A DNA stretch of 64,000 bases, taken from Nemertoderma westbladi. Taxonomy: Eukaryota > Animalia > Xenacoelomorpha. The translations under genes were made by a program, and so were the position numbers. Positions 11,282 to 22,800 of this stretch are shown piece after piece (position 1 is the stretch's first letter; each line of letters begins with the position of its first letter). The notes beneath the pieces were generated by a model. The model made no database searches, was not told the DNA's origin, and was given only the letters and a program-made list of their open reading frames with translations. The stretch spans positions 1 to 64,000 of the forward strand of contig JAUCBJ010004054.1 in NCBI GenBank assembly GCA_032718475.1, in the 5' to 3' direction.

Positions 11282-12968
11282 CAGGGTGTCCCACAAAGTT
11301 TTACACGGTTTCGTTTTCAAATAACTCCGCTGCACCTTAATATAATTCGGGATTATTGGTATCATTGGAAAGCTGGAGCTTCTAACTTAAAGAAAGAAAC
11401 TTGTTGAAAACATTTATGTTGCTATGATAACCCCCTGCCGCAGTTCATAAAGAAACAAGGGTTTTCGAAATGTGCATTAATAATTATTTTTAAGAGAAAT
11501 AATTAAGCATTTTAAAGCATTTAAAAATTTGTTTGTTGAGGAATTACACTAACTAACTAGATTGCCATTTAAATTTAAATTGTAAACTAGCCATATTGTA
11601 TTTTATTTGATTTAGCTTAGAATATACACAAGTTACAACACATTACCAATAAGTCTCACAAAATTTGTGTTCCACAAAATTTGACCCGGTTTCGTTTTCA
11701 AATAACTCCGCTACAGCTTAATAAAATTGAGTTGAGGTAGCATCCAAAACGGTCAGAAGTAAACGGAAATTTAAGTCATATAAAATTCAAATGATCCATG
11801 GTCTAAAACCTTCTGATTACCCCACAAGAGTTGTCGCCGCTGGAGAAATCTCTCCGAGTTTGCAAAACAATGACTAAGAGCGAGTCTTCTTCAGTGCCGA
11901 AGCCCCATTCCGCCTGAATGGCCGGGTTAATCGATGGAAGTGCCGCGTTTGGGGTAAATAAAAACCCCATAAAATAGTGGAGCATGTTAGAAACTCTCCT
12001 AACGTAACTGTGTGGGCTGCAATGACCGAAAGCCGCGTTATAGGAGCCTAATACTTCTTTGAAGCGACCTTCAGAAGTAATATTTATTTGCAGATGTTGC
12101 AGATGTTTCTGTGCCTAGAATTGGCGGAAGCTGAGATCGAGATGTTATCTTCCAGCAAGACGGTGCTCCACCACATTGGGGACTAATTGTGCGGGCATAC
12201 TTGGATGATGTGTTTCCTGGTAGATGGATTGGCCGAGATGGTCCTAAAACATGGCCCCTAGATCTTCAGACCTCACCCCCTGTGACGTACTTGTGGTGTG
12301 TACATCCAGCCTCTTGCTAACCTCACCGAACTGCGAAATGCAATTAGCGTTGCGTTTCAATCTATACCTATACTACTCACCTCCAGAACTGCTACTCTGA
12401 GCTAATCCGCAGACTGGCTAAGGTTCAGAATGTCGGCGGGGGACACATCGGGGGTTACAGCCAAATCAAATGCAGTATGACTCGTTAACAAATTAAAATT
12501 GTCTTTCTAATGATACCAAAATCTCAAAACAACGTAGAAATTTTCCAAAACATTCTTCAAAGGCAATAATTGCAAATATCTCATTCATACCATATGGAAT
12601 TAAAAAAACTTGAAAATGAAAATGTTTGGAGATACTAAAAGCAGGAGGTTTCTATTGCATCGAAATCATTCAAGACCCATGGCAATCTAGTTAGTTAGTG
12701 TAATTCCTTAACAAACTACAAATTTTTAAATGCTTTAAAATGCTTAATTATTTCTCTTAAAAATAATTATTAATGCACCTTTCGAAAACCCTTGTTTCTT
12801 TATGAACTGCGGCAGGGGGTTATCATAGCAACATAATTGTTTTCAACAAGTTTCTTTCTTTAAGTTAGAAACTCCAGCTTTCCAATGATACCAATAACCC
12901 CGAATTTTATTAAGGTGCAGCGGAGTTATTTGGAAACGAAAATGTGTCAAATTTTATGAGACACTCTG
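11282..12968 (+). mobile_element. Tc1/mariner superfamily (maT-like) transposon with ~285-bp TIRs
   Basis: TA|CAGGGTGTCCCA...TGAGACACTCTG|TA; TIRs 11282-11568 and 12679-12968 match closely; transposase remnants inside. Confidence 0.93.
11780..12440 (+). pseudogene. Degenerate maT/mariner-like transposase catalytic domain
   Basis: Fragments FFSAEAPFRLNGRVNRWKCRVWG, VTVWAAM, FQQDGAPPHW, FPGRWIGRDG, WP-RSSDLTPCD, interrupted by stops and frameshifts. Confidence 0.88.
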
Positions 12969-13984
12969 TAATACTGGGCACGGGTTTCATCCCTACCTTT
13001 GCACTAATAGAGCTGGTTTTCACTAGAGATCGGTAACATGTCTCTACCGAGTCTGCAGCACTGCAGCCACTCAGCCGATGACCTCTACGATGTTTCGATC
13101 TGCTCTGCTTACTGCCGACATGTGTAGCTAACCTTGCACCTAATTATGCAACTAGAGTAATTTAGTTTACTATTTGTTTTAATGGATTTAATTATTTGTG
13201 AGATGTCCGCCACACAACTTTGGTGGTGTAATTATGTATTTATTATCATTTCTAACAACGACGACAACGACAGACAGTCAACCGCTACGCAAAATCTACA
13301 TACTGTAGACTTGGTGGCTCACCCCAAAGCGTTTATACTTAAGTATATTAACATGGATTAATGTCCTACCTTACCTACTGGACTGTAATTGTTTTACTGA
13401 TAGATTGGACTGTCAGCCGGTTTCTTCGTATGGTAAATCACAAAAATGATAAACTTCGAAATCAATCGCGAAGCCGGGCAGAAATGCTACTACTACAGTG
13501 AGTAACAACTACAGTAATACAGTATTTGTTATAGCAGTGTATACAGTACTGCATACAGTATTACCAATTACGCTACTTACAGTGTCTTATGAACTGCTGA
13601 ATAATAATGTTGTATAAAAGCCTGTACTACTGAGTGATATCATTCTAAAGTTTATTATTGATTTTAATTGATTTGCTTCTACGCCTGAATGGCATGGTAT
13701 CCTTTAAGTTCTACTTGTAATAAATTTTCCGCACAAAGAATATTACTCGACAATTACTATATCTATTTCTAAAGCCACTACTCTGCTACAGATGGGGGAG
13801 GGAGGGGGAGGGGGGGGGGGGGGGGGACTTAATGGAACAGCAATTCAATATCAGGCCGGGGAGATTTTGCAAAAACTTTAGCTAATTCAATACATTTGAT
13901 AATTTTGGAGTTGACTGACTGTTGAAACCAATTTAACAACCGTTTTACCTTTAGACTTTGCACTAGATTAATCAATAATATTAG

Positions 13985-15072
13985 CACCGAGAGAAAACCG
14001 CCCCAATATTAGATTATTACAACAACATATCCATTGGGTAAGAAAGTGGAGGAGAGCCAGCCCGTCTCTTAATTTTTTACTTTATATTACGCGATCAATT
14101 TTCACTCATCTCGTCATGAACCCAACATGTATGTAACCTTTTGTTAAATTTGTTGGCTATGCGTTTGCGGTTGTTTGGACAGAGTGTGGTAGGCCTACAC
14201 TTTTCACACTTAAATATTTTGGTTGTGAAATGTTACAGGGAATAGCGATCTGAGATATTTCATTTATATTTTATTATGAGAGGAAGAAGAACATACAACG
14301 TTATTTACTATGTAACGAAATAATTGTTTTCGGGTTTGGAAGCCTCCCCAAATAGTTGATATACAATTATATTTAAAATTATATCCATGGTCATGGTCAT
14401 TCACCCGTCTTTAGTTAGAAATCTGTTTGCATGAAAGACAGTTTAGTTTAGTTTTTACTGATTTATTATCTCTTATCTGACTGGGGTAATAATAAAGGAT
14501 AGGATAAATGGAAGCAAAGTGTGACAGTAACAAATATTTCCCCGTCACCCTAGCATGTCTTAAGTATATGATATATCAAAGGGGGAAGTTTGGATTCACT
14601 GCATAAATGCAGTTCACCAAACTTCCCCCGAATGCACACTGTAACTTCCCCCTTCCCCCAAATATCCACTGTTGAATTAATTTGAAGCGATATAATAAGT
14701 ACAAAATTGTGCGAGTTTTTAATTGTGTGGTCCAATTGTTATTTGATTTCTATTTATTATTTAAAGTGCATTTAATATCACACTGGTTTTTAGAATATTA
14801 TACTATACAACCTTATGTTTTATTAATTTACCCAATCGAAGCCTCATAAGGGCCGGTTATTTGTACGCATATCCCCTAATGCGCTCAGTAAGGTTCAAAC
14901 AACATATTAATATGAAAATAAAGTATCTGCAAAGAAAATAACCCAATACTATATAATTTGACCTTAATAAAAAATTTGCACTTTTGCACACTTATTTGTA
15001 CAAATGCACTTTAGCAGATCGTAATGGTGGCTCTTATTTAACAAACTTATGTTTATCCTCTACCGATCTACG
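13985..15072 (+). repeat. ~1.09-kb direct repeat, copy 1
   Basis: CACCGAGAGAAA...TACCGATCTACG, near-identical to 16997-18083. Confidence 0.95.
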
Positions 15073-15478
15073 ATGGTGTATGATCAAGTGTCAGTCGCTA
15101 AAAGTGTCAAAAATCCAATTTAATAAATCTGGATTTGCGATTTTGGACCATATTCATGGACATTTTAAGTCACTTTATAGACATAAAAAGTTAAACAAAT
15201 GTTACGATTATAGTTAGAAATCATTCCAAACTACATTTTAATCCAAAAAATAACATTCTACGATGAATAGAACTGGAAATAATAGTGTTTGAAATATCGA
15301 AAAAATGTTCACTATTTAAGTTGCTCTAAGTGCGCATAAGTATTTTCCCAAGTTTTATCCTATTTCACACACTACAATCTATCCTCTATCCAATGAAAAA
15401 AGTTTCAGATTAAACGGCCCTGTAGAACCGAAGTTATTTATGTTTAAAAATAGTCACTCGAAAATTTAAAATTCTCTT

Positions 15479-15551
15479 GGTCACATAGTCTAGTGGTTAT
15501 CAATCACGTTAATGAAACCTAAGTTCGCGGGTTCGAAATCCAATATTGACC
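15479..15551 (+). other. Degenerate tRNA-like sequence (pseudo-tRNA or SINE head)
   Basis: A-box TAGTCTAGTGG, B-box GGTTCGAAATCC, GGTCA/TGACC acceptor-like ends; anticodon arm does not pair. Confidence 0.5.
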
Positions 15552-16996
15552 TGACCATTCTTAATTTTTTTGCAAAAAAAATTATTTTTATTTTTTCACT
15601 TAAATCGCTCTAACTTCGGTTCTGGTGGTCCAAATTCAATAAAATTGGTATATTCTTTGCCGTAATTTTTTTCTTAATCTTTTGAGAAGGGGTTATTTTT
15701 GGCCCCAAAAAAATTAAAAAAAGGGCCAAAATAACGCGATATTTTTCGACCCTTAAAATTCGTAATTTTAATTATATATGTTAAGATAAAAGATAGCGGA
15801 GTTAATTTGATACTTTTTACAGGTACTTTTGGCGCAATACGCTAAATTATAATGGAATAGCGATTTGTTAAAAAAAAAATTTTTCGTCCCTTTTTATAAA
15901 TATTATATTTCACACGATCGCCTGCCGCTCCAGTTTTATAATACCTCCGGCGCTGTGATTAGCGCTGTTAGATAGATAATTTAACGCACTATAAGTCTGT
16001 GTAAACAAATCTCCCGTAAGTTAAGTAGTTTTCGAGCTAGACGATTTCCCGCGAAGCAAGTTTGAAGCGCGAAATTATAATTTTGGCCCTCATTTTTTTA
16101 ATATCATCCTTGGAGCAAAACCGATAGCATATTTGAATTCCCCGTATGGATATTGACTGTATAGAATGTACCTTAACCAACTAAAGTTAAAAATAAAAAA
16201 TTATTCGATAAAAACTACTTTACAAATTCTGGCCCTTTTTGGCCCCTATTGCCGACATATTTTTTGTACCCTCATTCGATAGGAACGTAGCCCCAATGGT
16301 CTTCTACGAGTTTCATAAAAGAATTAGTGGATTCCTACCCGCGTTGTCGAATTAAACATTTCGGAAATAAGTTTTCCAAAAAAGACGGACAAAAACGTAC
16401 AAATTTACAGCCCCTTTTTCCACCCGAAATTTTAGTAAATATCTTACCCCCATTCGATACGAAGGTAGTACCACTCTTCCCCTTTCCAACCGCGTTACTT
16501 TCGTCCCCGTACGATTAATATTAGCCGAGTTATAGCGGATCCCGCAAAGTCATTTTGTCCGTTTTTTCAACTTTGACGGACATTTTCGGAAAAAAGGCGT
16601 GGTAATCTTTTTTGAAAAAAAAAACGAATTCACTAATTAATCCCTTCTATCGTATCCCGGCGTCGGCTAAGCAATAACCTAGGGTTTTTTCGAGCCACTG
16701 TAGAGCGCCTTTCAAAAAAATTTTAAAATTGTCGAAAAAATGACGGTTTTTTGTCCGCCGTGTCCGTCGAAGGGTTAGATTTAATAATGTTAGAGTTGCT
16801 AATATCTTAGAATTCCGAGCCGCTCCCCTGGTGAGAAAATAAAAAAATTTGGTCAGTTCCTTCATCGAAAAGTCCCCCAGAATCCCAAGTTAACCTATAT
16901 AGTTAGCGATGGCCTGCGGCTTTAGGAGCGGCCGCGGTATTCACCTCCCTCATAGCGGCCGCGGCGGTGTTGCGTCAAATGGAGAAATATTTATCC

Positions 16997-18083
16997 CACC
17001 GAGAGAAAGCCGCCCCAATATTAGATTATTACAACAACATATCCATTGGGTAAGAAAGTGGAGGAGAGCCAGCCCGTCTCTTAATTTTTTACTTTATATT
17101 ACGCGATCAATTTTCACTCATCTCGTCATGAACCCAACATGTATGTAACCTTTTGTTAAATTTGTTGGCTATGCGTTTGCGGCTGTTTGGGCGGGGTGTG
17201 GTAGGCCTACACTTTTCACACTTAAATATTTTGGTTGTGAAATGTTACAGGGCACAGCGATCTGAGATATTTCATATATATTTTATTATGAGAGGAAGAA
17301 GAACATACAACGTTATTTACTATGTAACAAAATAATTGTTTTCGGGTTTAACTTGGAAGCCTCCCCAAATAGTTGATATACAATTATATTTAAAATTATT
17401 TCCATGGTCATGGTCATTCACCCGTCTTTAGTTAGAAATTTGTTTGCATGAAAGACAGTTTAGTTTAGTTTTTACTGATTTATTATCTCTTATCTGACTG
17501 GGGTAATAATAAAGGATAGGATAAATGGAAGCAAAGTGTGACAGTAACAAATATTTCCCCGTCACCCTAGCATGTCTTAAGTATATGATATATCAAAGGG
17601 GGAAGTTTGGATTCACTGCATAAATGCAGTTCACCAAACTTCCCCCGAATGCACACTGTAACTTCCCCCTTCCCCCAAATATCCACTGTTGAATTAATTT
17701 GAAGCGATATAATAAGTACAAAATTGTGCGAGTTTTTAATTGTGTAGTCCATTTGTTATTTGATCTCTATTTATTGTTTAAAGTGCATTTAATATCACAC
17801 TGGTTTTTTAGAATATTACAACCTTATGTTTTATTTATTAACCCAATCGAAGCCTCATAAGGGCCGGTTATTTGTACGCATATCCCCTAATGCGCTCAGT
17901 AAGGTTCAAACAACATATTAATATGAAAATAAAGTATCTGCAAAGAAAATAACCCAATACTATATAATTTGACCTTATTAAAAAATTTGCACTTTTGCAC
18001 ACTTATTTGTACAAATGCACTTTAGCAGATCGTAATGGTGGCTCTTATTTAACAAACTTATGTTTATCCTCTACCGATCTACG
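16997..18083 (+). repeat. ~1.09-kb direct repeat, copy 2
   Basis: Matches 13985-15072 with few substitutions and indels. Confidence 0.95.
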
Positions 18084-18688
18084 TTTGCAATTGAACCGCA
18101 ATGGTCTATAAAGTTGGAGTCGGGGTGTGTGCACTGGTTTAACAATAAGTGTTACTGTAAATATTTTTATAATTTATTATTACTGTCATGGGTGAATGAG
18201 TCTCATTCGGTTTGTCATTTGGAGGTCACCATTTCGAACCCACAAGGACATCAATGCCGAATTTGCAGAGCTGTGCCCAACAAAACTTATAACTGTAATT
18301 ATGATACATTTTATATTCATAGTAATGTGAGAGTTATGATACTGTATATACGTTTTTATCACATAAAGTAGGATGTCGGAACCAGTGTTGAAATTACTAG
18401 GTAAACCTACCTAAAACACTAGCTACATAAAATTTAGTAGCTTGCTTAACGAAGAGACTTCAATTACGACCGTTGACAAAATTGCAGCAAATGAAAATTT
18501 ATAGAACTATGCCCATACCAAAATATCAAAATAGTGTAAAAAAAACTGGCCTTTATTTAAGGCCAAATCGACAACCTGTTAGGCCGTATATATAGTATGC
18601 CATGGTTGCGTCCAGGATGCAATCATCCGTTATCAGTTTACATGGCGACCAAATATATATTAATTGATAATTATTTAATAGTAGAAAC

Positions 18689-18954
18689 CTACCTGATAGT
18701 AGAGCACCTCTTGTAGGGGAACAAACGGGCTGGACATAGTAATTATCTAAAATGACACCATCTCCAGCCAGTCTGTCTATTGTTGGTGTTCGTATCTCGC
18801 TACCATGGTAACCGACGTCGTTCCAACCCAGGTCGTCCGCCAGTATGAATACTATATGAGGCTGCTTATTGGCTGACACCATAGATACCACACTAATGGC
18901 AGCCAATAGGAGATTAATTAGGGGCCGTTGTTTCATAATATTCCCTATTTTCAT
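18689..18954 (-). CDS. Arylsulfatase B/J/I-like sulfatase, first coding exon
   Basis: Signal peptide, [27 protein letters not shown], formylglycine motif CSPTR..LLSGR. Likely donor AG|GT at 18688 (alternative 18692). Start could be the second Met (18936). Confidence 0.9.
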
Positions 18955-19334
18955 ATCACTTGCTACTCAAATAATTTTATACGATTTTACTTACAAGAAC
19001 TGCTGTATTAATTATTATTACGTGTATTTAAAGTTACCTGAGAAATCATTCGAGGTATAAAGTTAGTTTTATATCGCGACCGCCTGTCAAACTGTTTGTA
19101 TAAGAAATTATTATACTGTGTGCCTTGAAAGACAACATTGATGGCATGTTAGAGATAACAAAGTTTTATAGACCTAATCTACCAACACAATAATAGGCCT
19201 ACATACATAGTGTATGTATTGGACTAAACTGCAGGGAACTAAGGAATTCAATTATTGTCTCACCGAAATTCTAAGGAAAGATATTCTCAGTTGGTTGTGC
19301 GCGGGGCTTACAATCTATCCACACACCAGAGCCA

Positions 19335-19495
19335 CGCCAAGGTCCACCAAGACTTTCATTTACTGGGGTAGATAAATTGAGAACCAGTTGAATTACTGGG
19401 AGCAAAGGATAGAAATAGCGCCCACCCATACCTTCGGGTAGCAGTTATAAAAAGAGGAGCCTTCGGGTCGCCTCTGGCTTCAGCTGACTGCTTGG
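19335..19495 (+). mobile_element. SINE relic with a conserved central domain
   Basis: GGTCCACCAAGACTTTCATTTACTGGGGTAGATAAATTGAGAACCAG resembles, from recall, the Nin/Deu-type SINE core; followed by GAGCCTTCGGGTCGCC. Confidence 0.5.
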
Positions 19496-19887
19496 TTTTT
19501 TGCCATTACTGTAAGGGAAGTTGTAGAATATCAGTATTTTTACTATTCGTTCAAAATTTGGTAATTGTCAACTATACCAATTCCTGACAATATATTGAAT
19601 TTTCCTGTTCTGTCTAGTTCTGTCCTACTATTCTGTCTGACTTCTTTACATTACATTATTCAGCTTCAAAATAAAACACTAACATCAATTGCACAGTGCG
19701 ACCTTGTGCAATAACCACAATTCAGGAAAAAATACTGGTAGCCAATGTGGAAATATAAATGATTATGATTCAGATAAAAATTACCAAATAAGTTGCATCA
19801 ATTCCGGACAGAGAGAGAGAGAGAGATAAGAGTAACTCTTCCAGTCTAGGCTCTAGGTCTAGGTACTATTTATCTTATAGGTTCTAC

Positions 19888-22800
19888 AATTATTCTACCT
19901 ATCTCTATTTCCCAGTACCTACCTACTATTCCCTATTTCCCAGTACCTACCTACTATTATCTATTTCCCCGTACCTACCTACTATTCCCTATTTCCCCGT
20001 ACCTACCTACTATTCCCTATTTCCGATTACCTACCTACTATTCCCTATTTCCCAATACCTACCTACTATTATCTATTTCCCAGTACCTACCTACTATTCC
20101 CTATTTCCCCGTACCTACCTACTATTCCCTATTTCCCAATACCTACCTACTATTATCTATTTCCCAGTACCTACCTACTATTCTCTATTTCCCCGTACCT
20201 ACCTACTATTCCCTATTTCCCAGTACCTACCTACTATTATCTATTTCCCAGTACCTACCTACTATTCTCTATTTCCCCGTACCTACCTACTATTCCCTAT
20301 TTCCCCGTACCTACCTACTATTCCCTATTTCCCAGTACCTACCTACTATTCCCTATTTCCCAGTACCTACCTACTATTATCTATTTCCCAGTACCTACCT
20401 ACTATTCCCTATTTCCCAATACCTACCTACTATTATCTATTTCCCCGTACCTACCTACTATTCCCTATTTCCCCGTACCTACCTACTATTCCCTATTTCC
20501 GATTACCTACCTACTATTCCCTATTTCCCCGTACCTACCTACTATTCCCTATTTCCCAATACCTACCTACTATTATCTATTTCCCAGTACCTACCTACTA
20601 TTCCCTATTTCCCCGTACCTACCTACTATTCCCTATTTCCCAATACCTACCTACTATTATCTATTTCCCAGTACCTACCTACTATTCCCTATTTCCCAGT
20701 ACCTACCTACTATTATCTATTTCCCAGTACCTACCTACTATTCCCTATTTCCCAATACCTACCTACTATTATCTATTTCCCAGTACCTACCTACTATTCC
20801 CTATTTCCCAGTACCTACCTACTATTCCCTATTTCCCAGTACCTACCTACTATTCCCTATTTCCCAATACCTACCTACTATTATCTATTTCCCAGTACCT
20901 ACCTACTATTCCCTATTTCCCCGTACCTACCTACTATTCCCTATTTCCGATTACCTACCTACTATTCCCTATTTCCCAATACCTACCTACTATTATCTAT
21001 TTCCCCGTACCTACCTACTATTCCCTATTTCCCAGTACCTACCTACTATTCCCTATTTCCCAGTACCTACCTACTATTATCTATTTCCCCGTACCTACCT
21101 ACTATTCTCTATTTCCCCGTACCTACCTACTATTCCCTATTTCCCAGTACCTACCTACTATTATCTATTTCCCAGTACCTACCTACTATTCCCTATTTCC
21201 CAGTACCTACCTACTATTCCCTATTTCCCAGTACCTACCTACTATTATCTATTTCCCCGTACCTACCTACTATTCTCTATTTCCCCGTACCTACCTACTA
21301 TTCCCTATTTCCCCGTACCTACCTACTATTCCCTATTTCCGATTACCTACCTACTATTCCCTATTTCCGATTACCTACCTACTATTCCCTATTTCCGATT
21401 ACCTACCTACTATTCCCTATTTCCGATTACCTACCTACTATTCCCTATTTCCCAGTACCTACCTACTATTCCCTATTTCCCAGTACCTACCTACTATTCC
21501 CTATTTCCGATTACCTACCTACTATTCCCTATTTCCGATTACCTACCTACTATTCCCTATTTCCCAATACCTACCTACTATTCCCTATTTCCCAGTACCT
21601 ACCTACTATTCTCTATTTCCCAGTACCTACCTACTATTCTCTATTTCCCCGTACCTACCTACTATTCCCTATTTCCCCGTACCTACCTACTATTCCCTAT
21701 TTCCGATTACCTACCTACTATTCCCTATTTCCCAGTACCTACCTACTATTCCCTATTTCCCAATACCTACCTACTATTCCCTATTTCCCAGTACCTACCT
21801 ACTATTATCTATTTCCCCGTACCTACCTACTATTCCCTATTTCCCCGTACCTACCTACTATTCCCTATTTCCGATTACCTACCTACTATTCCCTATTTCC
21901 CAGTACCTACCTACTATTCCCTATTTCCCAATACCTACCTACTATTCTCTATTTCCCCGTACCTACCTACTATTATCTATTTCCCCGTACCTACCTACTA
22001 TTCCCTATTTCCCCGTACCTACCTACTATTCCCTATTTCCGATTACCTACCTACTATTCCCTATTTCCCCGTACCTACCTACTATTCCCTATTTCCCAAT
22101 ACCTACCTACTATTATCTATTTCCCAGTACCTACCTACTATTCTCTATTTCCCCGTACCTACCTACTATTCCCTATTTCCCAGTACCTACCTACTATTAT
22201 CTATTTCCCAGTACCTACCTACTATTCTCTATTTCCCCGTACCTACCTACTATTCCCTATTTCCCAATACCTACCTACTATTATCTATTTCCCAGTACCT
22301 ACCTACTATTATCTATTTCCCAGTACCTACCTACTATTTCCTATTTCCCAATACCTACCTACTATTCTCTATTTCCCCGTACCTACCTACTATTATCTAT
22401 TTCCCCGTACCTACCTACTATTCCCTATTTCCCCGTACCTACCTACTATTCCCTATTTCCGATTACCTACCTACTATTCCCTATTTCCCCGTACCTACCT
22501 ACTATTCCCTATTTCCCAATACCTACCTACTATTATCTATTTCCCAGTACCTACCTACTATTCTCTATTTCCCCGTACCTACCTACTATTCCCTATTTCC
22601 GATTACCTACCTACTATTCCCTATTTCCCCGTACCTACCTACTATTCCCTATTTCCCAATACCTACCTACTATTATCTATTTCCCAGTACCTACCTACTA
22701 TTCCCTATTTCCCAGTACCTACCTACTATTATCTATTTCCCAGTACCTACCTACTATTCTCTATTTCCCCGTACCTACCTACTATTCCCTATTTCCCAAT

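Noticed and set aside
15479-15551. Functional tRNA gene
   Set aside because: The anticodon and T stems pair poorly; kept only as tRNA-like.
18553-18688. ORF tail after SGR as sulfatase coding sequence
   Set aside because: Similarity ends at a GT donor; the remainder is intron read-through.
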